Assembly: GCA_037305845.1 (NCBI GenBank) | Contig: CP147778.1 | Location: forward strand, 1,344,001-1,408,000 | Length of the DNA: 64,000 nucleotides | Reading direction: 5' to 3' | DNA from: Candidatus Freyarchaeum deiterrae | Lineage (GTDB): Archaea > Asgardarchaeota > Jordiarchaeia > Jordiarchaeales > Jordiarchaeaceae | Shown here: piece by piece, positions 41,369-51,732 of the stretch | How the letters are laid out: every line of letters begins with the position of its first letter | Position numbering within the stretch: the first letter of the stretch is position 1 | Notes under the pieces: generated by a model | What the model was told of the DNA's origin: nothing | The model's input: the letters and a program-made list of their open reading frames with translations, nothing else | Database searches by the model: none | Position numbers and translations under genes: made by a program

Positions 41369-42844
41369 CTAAGTGCCAGCTTGTTTAAGGATGTTCTCTA
41401 TTGGTTGTTCTATGTGCTCCTTTAGAGCTTTTTCCAGTTTCTCTGCGGTTTTCTTTTTCACCTTCTTAATCCCGGGAAGATACGTATTTTTGAAGAGAGA
41501 AAGCGATTTTTCTAAATCAATTCTAATCCAATCTTTCTCTACACGAACCGCTCCGTCTTTACCAAGCTCCATAAAAGGCTCCACTTCGAAAGATCCGTCA
41601 ATAGGGAGGAAATAATAATCATAAACTAACTTGGATAGATCTTTCATAGTAAAACCGGGTTTTTCAGGAGCTATCACCATTTCTAGAACTTGGGAAACCA
41701 TTTCAATGAACAATTTAAGTCTCTCGTAAATATCCTTAACATCCTTTCCAGTATAAGTTACTGCTTCAGACGGAGCTACTTTTACAGCCTCAACCGTTGA
41801 CACCTCAGTAGTAAGTTTCTTAGTAACTGAGACCTCTACTGGTTTAACAATGCTAGGCTTCACAGCAACAGGCTTCTCAACCACAGCGGGCTTCTCAACC
41901 ACAACGGGCTTTACAGTAAAGGTTTCCTCAATAAAAGTAGGCTTCACAGCAACAGGTTTCTCAACCACAGCAGGCTTCACAGCAACAGGTTGTTTAATTT
42001 CCTTGACCTCATGCTCTTCAACAACGGGTTCCTTAATCACCTTGGCAGGTTCGGTTGTGGTTTCTAATGTCGCTATTTCTTCTGTAGGTGTGGTTTCTAG
42101 AGTTAAGGGTTCTTTAGCTTTGATTGTTTCTTCTGTTTTTGCTGGTGTTATGGGAGTTGGTATTGCACTTACAGCTTCTTGTATGAAGTATTCTTCTTCA
42201 AGGGTGCCGAGTAAAAGCCCTTGGCTCAACATGTAGTTTATTCGTTGTCTGGTCTCGTCCTCAGATATACCTAAAACTGAGGAAATTTGAGCTATACTCA
42301 GTTTATCATACTCTTTTATGTAAGTAGCTAAAGCTGTATCAATGGGGTCTAATGCTCTTTTAATTTCCACTTCGGAGGTTGAAACAGTTGGTTCTTCCTT
42401 TTCAATTTCTTCGTATTCGGGTAGCTTAGGTTTAGTCTCAATTCCAGGAGCACCAGCTACGCCAGTGACGCTTTTGATTTTTATTTGAATTTTATCAACA
42501 TTTTGTCTTAATTTGTCAGCTCTATCTTTATCCGTATGCTCAATTTCTTTGAGAAACATATTCATAAGCATCAAGACGCGGGTCATGTTAAGACGGTATT
42601 TGCCGCGTGTGTACAATAGTGCAGCACCGTTTTCTAGCTCTTCTACGAATTCTTTGTCAAGTGTGCTGACATCTATTGGTTGACGATCACGAATGTCCCT
42701 GAAGAACTCTGGCCTGTTAAAACCGCCATCCTTGTAACTATTTACCGCATCGAGAACCAGATTAGTAAGTTTATCACAATTTAACGATAAAAATCTGAAA
42801 CGTTGCCTAGTTCGAGTGAAATGGGGTTCCTCAATGTAAGACAC
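41369..42844 (-). CDS. Protein with PCI-like winged helix and V/E/K/P/T low-complexity repeats
   Basis: YDKLSIAQISSVLG...MLSQGLLLGTL; repeated VEKPVAVKP. Confidence 0.7.
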   Translation of the reverse strand: MSYIEEPHFTRTRQRFRFLSLNCDKLTNLVLDAVNSYKDGGFNRPEFFRDIRDRQPIDVSTLDKEFVEELENGAALLYTRGKYRLNMTRVLMLMNMFLKEIEHTDKDRADKLRQNVDKIQIKIKSVTGVAGAPGIETKPKLPEYEEIEKEEPTVSTSEVEIKRALDPIDTALATYIKEYDKLSIAQISSVLGISEDETRQRINYMLSQGLLLGTLEEEYFIQEAVSAIPTPITPAKTEETIKAKEPLTLETTPTEEIATLETTTEPAKVIKEPVVEEHEVKEIKQPVAVKPAVVEKPVAVKPTFIEETFTVKPVVVEKPAVVEKPVAVKPSIVKPVEVSVTKKLTTEVSTVEAVKVAPSEAVTYTGKDVKDIYERLKLFIEMVSQVLEMVIAPEKPGFTMKDLSKLVYDYYFLPIDGSFEVEPFMELGKDGAVRVEKDWIRIDLEKSLSLFKNTYLPGIKKVKKKTAEKLEKALKEHIEQPIENILKQAGT

Positions 42845-43176
42845 GAAAAACCAGCTCCACCAATCACTTCTTTAGTAGAATAATGGCAATCCGATAATAA
42901 TAAAACTTTTCGAACGGTAGACGCCTATAAAAATATTTTGACTCTATATATAATATAAAGTAATCATTCCTTAAAAAGTCAACAGTTCCAGAAAATAAGT
43001 AAGAGAGAGAAATTATTAAAATAGCAGACAATCAAAGGAGTAAAATGTTCAGAATTCCCATAAATCATTAAAAGCAAGTGGAATGGTACATCATAAAAAG
43101 AGGGAAGTAAATCATAGATCCTTACATTGTGAATTATCAATCTACATTATTTCTTAACGAAAAATGAAGATGTATA

Positions 43177-44340
43177 TTATAATATGGTAGGCTCGATTGG
43201 AGTCTTAGCTAAAGGTTCATTGCCGTTTTTGGTTATTAGTACTGGGTACTCCAAACGATAACCTGCAACGCCAGGCTTACTAATAATACAAACAGCGACT
43301 TCAATCATGTTCGGTTCCAATGTCTTCTCACCATAAGGACCATAATTGATAATTGGAAGATACCACTCATCGCCGATTGAACCAAGTCCATGCCCAAATA
43401 TTTGAACCACATTATTTCCGTACCCAGCCTTCTCAAAAGTTTTAAACACCTTGTTGGCAATATCTCTGACCTTCACTCCGGGCTGCATAGAGTCAATCAG
43501 AATGCTCGCAGCTTCAACGTAAACTTCCGCAAGTTTCCTCTGTTCAATAGTGGGATTGCCAACGATAATGTTATGAGTCACTTGTGAAAGGTGAAGTTCG
43601 TACATGCTATGTAAATCTACTACAACATTGTCTCCGTGCTGTATTATGCGCTTGGTTGCAGGAGTTGTAGCACCCATATGGTAAGTGGCTCTATTACCGG
43701 AGCCCACCTCATGTCCTCCTGTCAGAGCCCAGGCCCATTGACTCCCCGCTCTTCTCATAGCTTCTTCAACGATACCTACAAGCTCTGTTTCATTCATGCC
43801 GGGAATAATCGTTCCCCGTGCTACATCCACTCCAACATCCGCGATTGCCGCAGCTTGCCTTAGAAGCTTAATAGCGCCCTTCTCTTTAATTACAATAACT
43901 TCATCAAGGGTTTGAACTGCATTTTTGAACACCGCATCCGGGAGACCGTTTTTTAGTTCTTCATATTCAGAGGCGAACAGGTATCCCTCATTAACCCTAA
44001 TTGTGTATCCTAGATTAACTCCTATATTTGATTTAGCGAGATTATGCTCCTTAAGATAAGCAATCACTTGATTCGTCCAGGAAAGGCCGGGGATAGGGGT
44101 GTAAGTTGAAACGTTTTCTATCCAGCTGTCATCCTTAATTCTCTCAGCATCACTCAACACGGTATAAAGTTGAATTTCACCATCCAGAGGCACAACCATA
44201 ACACTTCTCCAAGGCAGAAAGGCGCCAGAAATATAGGTTAACTCCTTATTTCTCGTTAATACTAAAACGTCAAATCCACTACCTTCCATTGCAGCCCTAA
44301 CGTTTTCAACTCTCTTCCAATAATTTATGGGAACATTCAT
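43177..44340 (-). CDS. M24 (Xaa-Pro peptidase/creatinase) family protein with altered metal site
   Basis: Creatinase_N-like region, IKLLRQAA, PGMNETEL, FGHGLG, GYRLE. Confidence 0.85.
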   Translation of the reverse strand: MNVPINYWKRVENVRAAMEGSGFDVLVLTRNKELTYISGAFLPWRSVMVVPLDGEIQLYTVLSDAERIKDDSWIENVSTYTPIPGLSWTNQVIAYLKEHNLAKSNIGVNLGYTIRVNEGYLFASEYEELKNGLPDAVFKNAVQTLDEVIVIKEKGAIKLLRQAAAIADVGVDVARGTIIPGMNETELVGIVEEAMRRAGSQWAWALTGGHEVGSGNRATYHMGATTPATKRIIQHGDNVVVDLHSMYELHLSQVTHNIIVGNPTIEQRKLAEVYVEAASILIDSMQPGVKVRDIANKVFKTFEKAGYGNNVVQIFGHGLGSIGDEWYLPIINYGPYGEKTLEPNMIEVAVCIISKPGVAGYRLEYPVLITKNGNEPLAKTPIEPTIL

Positions 44341-44545
44341 AAAAACACCTCAAAATAATACCATTAATCTTATCAACTGTCGCTTTTAAAAATCTAATCT
44401 CAAGAGCATTAGAATAACGAAAAATGATTCCGTCACAAGTCAGAAAAAGCTTCTATAACTGTTTTCAATTTATGTGACTAATTAAATTAATATAATTTGG
44501 TTCCAATATTATATATTAACGAATAGAAACAGGAGAATTATCCTC

Positions 44546-45151
44546 TTGGCGAAAATCTACTTGGTTAAGGAAGGCGGTTATGAGCAGATAGCGCAATCTG
44601 TCTTTTCAACCGGAGACACTTACATTGTGGACGCAGGAACCAAAATTTGGATATGGCTTGGTGAAAAAACCACAGTTGACGAAAAATTCGCCGGTGCCTT
44701 CATAAGTGAATTGCTAGATAAGGAACGGCGAAACGAACCCAAAGTTGAAACCGTCGAACAGGGCAGCGAGCCTATGGAATTCAAAAAAACCGTAGGCGCT
44801 ATGCGTATAGTTGACCAAGACCTTGCTAAATCTATACTCAAAAAAACAGCGAAAAAAACACACCCAGTAGTCATGTACAAAATATCCAGTGAAAAATACG
44901 AAACACTTGAGGATGTCCAATTCACTCAAGTCCCTCTGTCCAAAGATGCTCTGAGCTCTGATGAAGTATTCGTAATAGACACCTATGACGCAATTTACGT
45001 TTGGCAGGGTAAAAACTGCAGCATTCAGGAAAAAGTAGTGGGCGGTCGACTAGGAAGACAATTGGACGCAGAAAGGGTAGGTGTTCAAAAGGAAATCTTT
45101 GTCGAAGAGGGAGATGAGCCGGACAAGCTAAAGAAGATTTTAGGTCTCTAA
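44546..45151 (+). CDS. Two-domain gelsolin (Asgard 2DGel type)
   Basis: Two gelsolin repeats (STGDTYIVDAGTKIWIWLG...EQGSEP and LSSDEVFVIDTYDAIYVWQG...EEGDEP) with an LKKT linker. Confidence 0.92.
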   Translation: MAKIYLVKEGGYEQIAQSVFSTGDTYIVDAGTKIWIWLGEKTTVDEKFAGAFISELLDKERRNEPKVETVEQGSEPMEFKKTVGAMRIVDQDLAKSILKKTAKKTHPVVMYKISSEKYETLEDVQFTQVPLSKDALSSDEVFVIDTYDAIYVWQGKNCSIQEKVVGGRLGRQLDAERVGVQKEIFVEEGDEPDKLKKILGL

Positions 45152-45319
45152 TACTAGTTCTCTTTTTTATAATTCTCTACTTTTCTTTCCTTTTTTAAGA
45201 TACGAGGTGAAACATTTTTATGATAAAACGACTCTCGTTTTGAGGCTAATCTTATTTAGAGATTTGAATCATATCTTATATTGTTTTGTTCCAAGTAAGT
45301 TTGAGAGAGGCGTTTACAA

Positions 45320-46855
45320 ATGCAGGTATTAGTTGCCATAGATGTTGGTACTATTGGTTGCCGTACCATAATTTTTGATGAAAATGGAATAGAAATAGCA
45401 AGAGATTATCAAGAGTACCCGAGTACATATCCTCGCCCAGCTTGGGTTGAGCAAAACGCTATGGATTGGTGGAGAGCAGTCTGCAATACGTCACAGAGAG
45501 CAGTTGAAAAAGCAGGTATTAGCTCAGGGGATATCGTAGGTATAAGCGTTACTAACCAACGTGAGACAACGGTTCCCGTGGATGATGAAGGAAACCCCTT
45601 GAGGAACGCTATTATTTGGCAGGATCGTAGGACAGTTAAACAATGTGAAGAGATAAGACAGAGTGTAGGTGTTAGTGAGGTTTATCAAACCACGGGTCTA
45701 ACAGTTGACCCCTATTTTTCGGCTCCTAAGATTTTGTGGATAAAGGAAAACGAACCAAAAATTTTTGATTCCACTTACAAATTCATGCTGGTCCACGATT
45801 TCATAGAAATGAAATTGTCAGATATGTTCATAACAGACTGGTCAAATGCATCCAGAACACTCCTTTTTGATGTCGAAAAGTTCTGCTGGTCAGAGAAAAT
45901 CTGCAACGCCTTGGAAATTCCACCAGAAAAATTGAATGAAACCTACGCTTCCGGTGTGAAAATTGGAGAGGTAACTGCCAAAGCAGCCAAAGAAACTGGT
46001 TTTGCCGAGGGAACACCGATAGTCGCAGGAGGGGGGGATCAGCAGTGCGGTGCATTAGGGGTAGGTGTAATAAAGCCTGGCAGAATAAAAGCGACCATGG
46101 GTACCGGAACCTTTCTACTGGCATACGCGGATAAGCCTAAACACGATCCTAAGAAGCGAATACTCTTTAGCTGTCATGCAGATCCAGGAAAATGGGTTGT
46201 TGAAGCTAGCATGTTCACAACCGGAAGTGTCTACAGATGGTTTAGAGACCAGTTGGGGCACCTGGAAAAAAATATGGCGCAGATTCTGGGAAAAGACCCC
46301 TACGATATTCTGTGTGAAGAAGCAGCACAAGCACCTCCAGGCTCCGGAGGAGTACTTTTGATACCCCACTTCGTGGGCGCGGGAGCCCCCTACTGGGATC
46401 CAGATGCGAGAGGCGTTATAGTAGGCTTAGCCCTAGGTCACACACGGGCGCATCTTATTAGAGCCATATTGGAGGGAGCTTGCTTCGAAATTCGTAAGAA
46501 TATCGAGATAATGAGGGAATTGGGTCTTGAATTCGATGAGGTTCGAATTACCGGAGGCGCGACCCGCAGTCCACTATGGAATCAGATTCAAACGGATATT
46601 TACGATATTCCAGTAGCTAGGGGAAAGGTTGAGGAGGCTACTGCATTAGGTGCGGCTATTTTAGCAGGTGTTGGCGTTGGAATCTACAGGAGTGTTTCAG
46701 AAGCCTCGGAGAGCATGGTGCAGATAGGTGAGAGAAGAAAGCCGGACGAAAAAAATAGAGAAGTTTACGACAAACTGTATAAGGTTCACAACGATGTTTA
46801 CATGGCGTTAAAGGATAGGGGTGTTTACGCGAGCCTTTCAGAATTTTCCGAGTAG
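45320..46855 (+). CDS. glpK: FGGY-family kinase, probably glycerol kinase
   Basis: TNQRETT, NAIIWQDRRT, TGLTVDPYFSA, SNASRT, GDQQ, GAPYWD; first gene of the glp operon. Confidence 0.78.
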   Translation: MQVLVAIDVGTIGCRTIIFDENGIEIARDYQEYPSTYPRPAWVEQNAMDWWRAVCNTSQRAVEKAGISSGDIVGISVTNQRETTVPVDDEGNPLRNAIIWQDRRTVKQCEEIRQSVGVSEVYQTTGLTVDPYFSAPKILWIKENEPKIFDSTYKFMLVHDFIEMKLSDMFITDWSNASRTLLFDVEKFCWSEKICNALEIPPEKLNETYASGVKIGEVTAKAAKETGFAEGTPIVAGGGDQQCGALGVGVIKPGRIKATMGTGTFLLAYADKPKHDPKKRILFSCHADPGKWVVEASMFTTGSVYRWFRDQLGHLEKNMAQILGKDPYDILCEEAAQAPPGSGGVLLIPHFVGAGAPYWDPDARGVIVGLALGHTRAHLIRAILEGACFEIRKNIEIMRELGLEFDEVRITGGATRSPLWNQIQTDIYDIPVARGKVEEATALGAAILAGVGVGIYRSVSEASESMVQIGERRKPDEKNREVYDKLYKVHNDVYMALKDRGVYASLSEFSE

Positions 46856-46863
46856 GGATTATT

Positions 46864-48441
46864 ATGTCGAAATTCGACGTAATTATAATAGGTGGCGGTG
46901 CAGTAGGAAGCGGTGTTCTGAGAGACCTATCGCTCAGAGGAGTTCACACCCTACTTGTGGATAGAGGAGACCTTGCCTCAGAGGCTTCGGGTAGAAACCA
47001 TGGGCTTCTACATAGTGGAGCGCGGTATGTTGTTAGCGACCCTGAATCGGCGTTGGAATGCGCTGAGGAAAATATTATTCTTAAAAAAATAGCCAAGCAC
47101 ACCATAGAAGACACGGGGGGGCTCTTTGTAGCAGCTGAGGAAAAGAATCTCGAATACTTGGATCCCTTCCTTAAGGGTTGTACTAAATGCAAGGTTGAGA
47201 ATAAGGAGATAACAGTTGAAGAAGCTCTGAAAAGGGAATCCTTTCTGAATGCGAATATTAAGGCCGCGGTTTGGGTTAACGATGCAGTTGTAGATCCTTT
47301 TCTACTCGTCGTTTCTAACGTGTTATCGGCTCTAAGGAACGGAGCGGAGGCATTAACTTACACCAATGTTAGACCGATAGTAGAGGATGGTACGGTTTCA
47401 GGTGTCGAAACGTTCAGAAACGGAAAGGGTGAAAAATACCTCTCTGAAATCGTAGTTAATGCTACTGGGGCTTGGGCGGGTAAAGTTGCTGAGCAGGCAG
47501 GAGTAAAATTGGAGATAAGACCTAACAAGGGCACTCTGGTAGTTCTCAATAACCGAGTAACAAATCATGTGATTAATTATCTGCGCCCACCATCTGATGG
47601 GGATATAATCGTCCCTCACTATTCAACCATGATTTTGGGAACCACCTCAACCTACGTGGAAAACCCGGATAACATTCTCCCAGAGAAAGACGAGATCAAA
47701 AAAATCGTGAAGGAGTGTGAAAAGATGCTCCCTATTGTTGCAGACTCCCGAATTATAAGAGCCTTCTCTGGCGTTCGCCCTCTTTTCGGCAAAGGTTCAG
47801 GTCGAGCGGTCACTCGAGGAATGTTGCTAGTCGACCATGAGGTTGACGGTGTAGAGGGATTTGTAACCATCACAGGTGGTAAACTCACCACATATAGACT
47901 TATGGCTGAAAAGGCAGCAGATCTTGTTTGTGAAAAGCTGGGAGTTAGAGCCAAGTGCAGAACAGCAGAAGAACCGCTCCCGGGAAGCGATGGAACACCT
48001 CCATCGGCGGATGAAATCCAAAATAGTTTTCAGGTTAACACCCTAACCTCAAATGAAATCGTAAATAAATATGGAACAATTTCCTCGGAAATGCCTCGGA
48101 AACCCGGGTTAATATGCGAGTGCAGCCTCGTTTCACGAGCTGAGATAATCCATAGTTTTCAAGAGCTTTTAGCCAAAAACTTGATAGACGTTAAAAAACG
48201 CACCAGACTGGGTATGGGAACCTGCCAAGGCCAATTCTGTATACACAGAGCTGCAGAGGTTATGGTTGAGGATCTCAATTTCTCGGCGAAAGAGGCTTTG
48301 GATTCGCTAGCCAATTTTTTGGACGAGCAGTGGAAGATAGCTCACATACTCGAGGGAGATCAACTCCGACAACTCATGTTTGCCAAAGTCATGTTTGAGA
48401 TGGTGGGAAACATAAGACGGAGGAATGAAAAGAGTGATTGA
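46864..48441 (+). CDS. glpA: Anaerobic glycerol-3-phosphate dehydrogenase subunit A
   Basis: GRNHGLLHSGARY, ITGGKLTTYRLMAE, ICEC...RTRLGMGTCQGQFC. Confidence 0.95.
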   Translation: MSKFDVIIIGGGAVGSGVLRDLSLRGVHTLLVDRGDLASEASGRNHGLLHSGARYVVSDPESALECAEENIILKKIAKHTIEDTGGLFVAAEEKNLEYLDPFLKGCTKCKVENKEITVEEALKRESFLNANIKAAVWVNDAVVDPFLLVVSNVLSALRNGAEALTYTNVRPIVEDGTVSGVETFRNGKGEKYLSEIVVNATGAWAGKVAEQAGVKLEIRPNKGTLVVLNNRVTNHVINYLRPPSDGDIIVPHYSTMILGTTSTYVENPDNILPEKDEIKKIVKECEKMLPIVADSRIIRAFSGVRPLFGKGSGRAVTRGMLLVDHEVDGVEGFVTITGGKLTTYRLMAEKAADLVCEKLGVRAKCRTAEEPLPGSDGTPPSADEIQNSFQVNTLTSNEIVNKYGTISSEMPRKPGLICECSLVSRAEIIHSFQELLAKNLIDVKKRTRLGMGTCQGQFCIHRAAEVMVEDLNFSAKEALDSLANFLDEQWKIAHILEGDQLRQLMFAKVMFEMVGNIRRRNEKSD

Positions 48442-49594
48442 TGTTGACGTGCTTATAATAGGTTGCGGCATGGCAGGTCTGGTGGCTGCCCGAAAAATCA
48501 GCGAATCTAACCTTTCAACTATGATAGTTTCAACCGGTTTAGGCAGCACTGTGCTCTCATCAGGCACCATAGACTTGATTGGATATTTTGACGGCGGCGA
48601 AGTCAGAAAACCCATAGAAACTCTGGACGAGTTTATTAGCCAGAATCCGAGTCATCCCTATGCAGTTGTCGGTAGAGAAAGAGTTTTGAAAGCGTTTCAA
48701 GAGTTTAATGAAAAGTATGATTCGTTCATCAGATACGAAGGCAACTTGGAAAAAAACATGACCCTTCTAACCCCACTTGGGCTCTTTAAACCCACTCTTT
48801 TAGCCCAGTCTAGCATGATAGCAGGAAAGAGAGAGAACTTAGAAGGTTCTAAAGTTCTTGTAGTTGGTTTCCGTAACTTACTGAATCACACCCCGGCTTT
48901 AATTGCTAAATCACTCAAAGAGAATTGGGGAATAGATGCGGATTACATAAAACTGGATAGAAGTGAAACCCAGCCAGTCCAACTAGCATTATTACTGGAG
49001 ACCAATAGAGAAGATATAATCAAAAATCTGAATGAATACAATTTGGGAAATTATGATTACTTAGCATTCCCCCCTGTTCTAGGGATAAGGCAAACAGGGG
49101 AGATTCTATCCGAATTCGAGGACAGTTTAGGCGCTAAGGTTTTTGAAACCATGTCCTTTCCGCCTTCTGTTCCCGGTCTAAGACTACAACAGTTGTTGGA
49201 ACACCCCTGCATACAGAACGGTGTAGAAATCAGACTTGGATGGCGAGCGATAGAAATAAAGACGATAAAGCAGGGCTGCCAAACCCAAGTTGCCGAGGAT
49301 GATAACAGACAAGAAATCTCCTCCAAAGCAGTTATAGTAGCTACCGGACAAATAATGAGAGACGAAATCAACATAACAAGTGAAAAAAACTTCCAAGGTT
49401 CCATCAACCCACAAATATTAGAGTATCTGAACACTGACAAGGAAATGCGACTTATCTATGAAGGAAAAAGTTTTGAACACGTTTTTGTTGCCGGCTCAGC
49501 CCTATCAGAAAAAAACATGACCGGACTGGGAACACCCCTATCTACAGGATACGCGTCCGCCACCGAAGTAATAAACTATCTAAGGAGGAATTGA
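48425..49594 (+). CDS. glpB: Anaerobic glycerol-3-phosphate dehydrogenase subunit B
   Basis: GCGMAG, SSGTIDLIG, HPY, PPSVPGLRL. Confidence 0.9.
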   Translation: MKRVIDVDVLIIGCGMAGLVAARKISESNLSTMIVSTGLGSTVLSSGTIDLIGYFDGGEVRKPIETLDEFISQNPSHPYAVVGRERVLKAFQEFNEKYDSFIRYEGNLEKNMTLLTPLGLFKPTLLAQSSMIAGKRENLEGSKVLVVGFRNLLNHTPALIAKSLKENWGIDADYIKLDRSETQPVQLALLLETNREDIIKNLNEYNLGNYDYLAFPPVLGIRQTGEILSEFEDSLGAKVFETMSFPPSVPGLRLQQLLEHPCIQNGVEIRLGWRAIEIKTIKQGCQTQVAEDDNRQEISSKAVIVATGQIMRDEINITSEKNFQGSINPQILEYLNTDKEMRLIYEGKSFEHVFVAGSALSEKNMTGLGTPLSTGYASATEVINYLRRN

Positions 49595-49595
49595 A

Positions 49596-50720
49596 ATGTC
49601 GGAAAAAACAGACCTTCTTAAAAAAACGGACAAATGCATACGATGCGGAACCTGTATTGCGTACTGTCCAGTTGCGCGAGCTGGAACATCGGTGAACCCA
49701 AGGTACTTAGCTTCCGAGGGTTTCAGAACCTCGAAAAGAGAGAAACAAACTTCTAAAGATTCCTTTAACTGCACCCTTTGTATGGCATGTGTTAATGTAT
49801 GCCCGAGAGGAGTGCCAGTTCCTCTAGTTGTGGAGTATCTCAGAGGACAAGCTGGAGAAAAAGAGCTCCCTAGCAATATAAAACAGATGGTAGAGAATAT
49901 TGAGAAGTCCGGGAATATTCATGGCGCGGCTAAGGAAGATTGGTTGATGTGGACCTATGAACTTGACGAGCCCGTGGAGGACCGCATAAAGGTTCCCGCA
50001 GAGGTGGGCTATTTTGTTGGCTGCAACTCTGCATACAGCCCCTCCACAGCAAGGATTCCTGTGGCGACCGTGAAGCTGTTTCGTATGGCAAACGTGGATT
50101 TCACCATTCTGGGTCCAGATGAAACCTGCTGCGCAGCACCCCTACTCATGGCAGGGAGACTGAGAGAGGCTAAAAAACTCATCGAGGATAATGTAAAAGC
50201 TTTCAAGGATCTCAAAATAAAGACACTGGTAACCTCATGCCCTGCTTGTTTCAGGATGTGGAGAGACGTTTACCCCAAAATCACTGAAATCCCCTTCAAG
50301 GTGGAGCATATAACCCAGTACATCTCCGGACTCATAGAGGAAGGGAAACTGAAACCAGAATCCGTTGGTGACCTTCGGGTAGTTTACCACGACCCTTGCG
50401 AGTTGGCTAGAGGCTGTGGAGTGATAGAAGAGCCCCGTAAAGCGCTCAAAAAGATTCCGGGACTGAAACTGGAGGAATACAAGCAGTGTAAAGATGAGGC
50501 GATATGTTGCGGAGGAGGTGGCCTACTGCGAGCTTACAATTTGGAGACTGCTGAGGAAGCCGCGAAAAACAAAATAAGAGAAGCGGAGGAGCTGGGCGTT
50601 GATGCTATTGTCACATCATGTCCAGCCTGCCTGCAAAACCTAATAAAATCCAAGAGCAAAATTAAGATAATAGATATAGCCGAATTATTCCAAGGGCGGA
50701 ATTCTGAAACCAAAAGCTAG
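49596..50720 (+). CDS. glpC: Fe-S / CCG-domain subunit (GlpC/HdrD-like)
   Basis: Two 4Fe-4S motifs (CIRCGTCIAYCP, CTLCMACVNVCP) and two CCG domains; follows glpB. Confidence 0.75.
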   Translation: MSEKTDLLKKTDKCIRCGTCIAYCPVARAGTSVNPRYLASEGFRTSKREKQTSKDSFNCTLCMACVNVCPRGVPVPLVVEYLRGQAGEKELPSNIKQMVENIEKSGNIHGAAKEDWLMWTYELDEPVEDRIKVPAEVGYFVGCNSAYSPSTARIPVATVKLFRMANVDFTILGPDETCCAAPLLMAGRLREAKKLIEDNVKAFKDLKIKTLVTSCPACFRMWRDVYPKITEIPFKVEHITQYISGLIEEGKLKPESVGDLRVVYHDPCELARGCGVIEEPRKALKKIPGLKLEEYKQCKDEAICCGGGGLLRAYNLETAEEAAKNKIREAEELGVDAIVTSCPACLQNLIKSKSKIKIIDIAELFQGRNSETKS

Positions 50721-51136
50721 TGGGAATCAGACGGAGAGATTAAGTCTAATTTTCTAAGGCCCACTGCCAATTTTGATGTCTGAGATATTAAACCGGCAAT
50801 CATTATTGCATCAAATATCTCATCTTGAGACACCCCAAGATTTATAGCCGCTCTTATGTGAAAATCTATGCAATATTCACATCCAATAGCTGTTGCTGCA
50901 GCAATGGCTAAAAGTTCAGCGGTCTCCTGGGAAACTGCTTTGGGCTGCTTTGTGATAAACAGTGTTTGCATCGCATTAAAGATGAATGCTTCCGGTCTCC
51001 TTTTACTCATAGATTTCGATATGTAGGAGATATCACCATACTCCTCTTTCATACTTTTCAATATCTCATCAACAAGTTTCTTTGGGTCGTCACCCAAAAA
51101 TTTTCTTATACGGTCACCTAGCGACATCCATATCAC
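50717..51136 (-). CDS. Carboxymuconolactone decarboxylase / AhpD family protein
   Basis: ELLAIAAA...GCEYCIDFH...GVSQDEI. Confidence 0.88.
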   Translation of the reverse strand: MIWMSLGDRIRKFLGDDPKKLVDEILKSMKEEYGDISYISKSMSKRRPEAFIFNAMQTLFITKQPKAVSQETAELLAIAAATAIGCEYCIDFHIRAAINLGVSQDEIFDAIMIAGLISQTSKLAVGLRKLDLISPSDSH

Positions 51137-51213
51137 CGCTATGAGATTGATGCGGTATTGTATATTACTTTTTTCTAACTTGTCGCTAGGATCTGAAGTT
51201 TCAACTCTTAAAA

Positions 51214-51732
51214 TTAGTCTTCAAGCGTGAATACGAAATCGCAGTATTCGTCTCCCATTCCCATCTTTTTGGGTTTTTCCACCTTGATTTTGGGATTTAT
51301 CCCTTCGCTCCAGGTGTGGTAAACAATTTCGCAAACCGGGTCACATATTTTGGGCGCAAATTTTTCTCTACTCGACCTTCTGAGTCCCTCAAGCCAAGGA
51401 CAACTCAACACACGCAAGACGCTCTTTTTTGGACCGTATTCCATGACTTCAAATTTCCATTTTTCCATAGTCCAACGTAAGACAATGGTATCAGCCACTG
51501 TTCGCGCGTCTTCTCCCTCAATGTCGAACATCTTTTTCACTCTTTTAGCTAAAATCTTCGCGAACCTCCTCCAAACCTCGCCATCTAAGTACAGAGCAGT
51601 ATCAAAATCGTACTCATCCTCACAGACTATAAACCAAACTCCATCAACACCGGTATAGGCTCCGTGAAGAAATTCAATCTGCTTTTCCGGAGTCAATTTC
51701 TTTAAGACATCCATCTTAACCATCGCAGTCAA
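51214..51732 (-). CDS. V4R/ATC-hydrolase-like (DUF6125-type) protein
   Basis: VDGVWF, CPW, C..VC, GDEYCDFVF. Confidence 0.75.
   Translation of the reverse strand: MTAMVKMDVLKKLTPEKQIEFLHGAYTGVDGVWFIVCEDEYDFDTALYLDGEVWRRFAKILAKRVKKMFDIEGEDARTVADTIVLRWTMEKWKFEVMEYGPKKSVLRVLSCPWLEGLRRSSREKFAPKICDPVCEIVYHTWSEGINPKIKVEKPKKMGMGDEYCDFVFTLED

Noticed and set aside
41840-41990. Short tandem repeats (ggcttctcaaccac, ggcttcacagcaacagg) as a CRISPR or regulatory array
   Set aside because: They encode VEKP/VAVKP peptide repeats within a CDS
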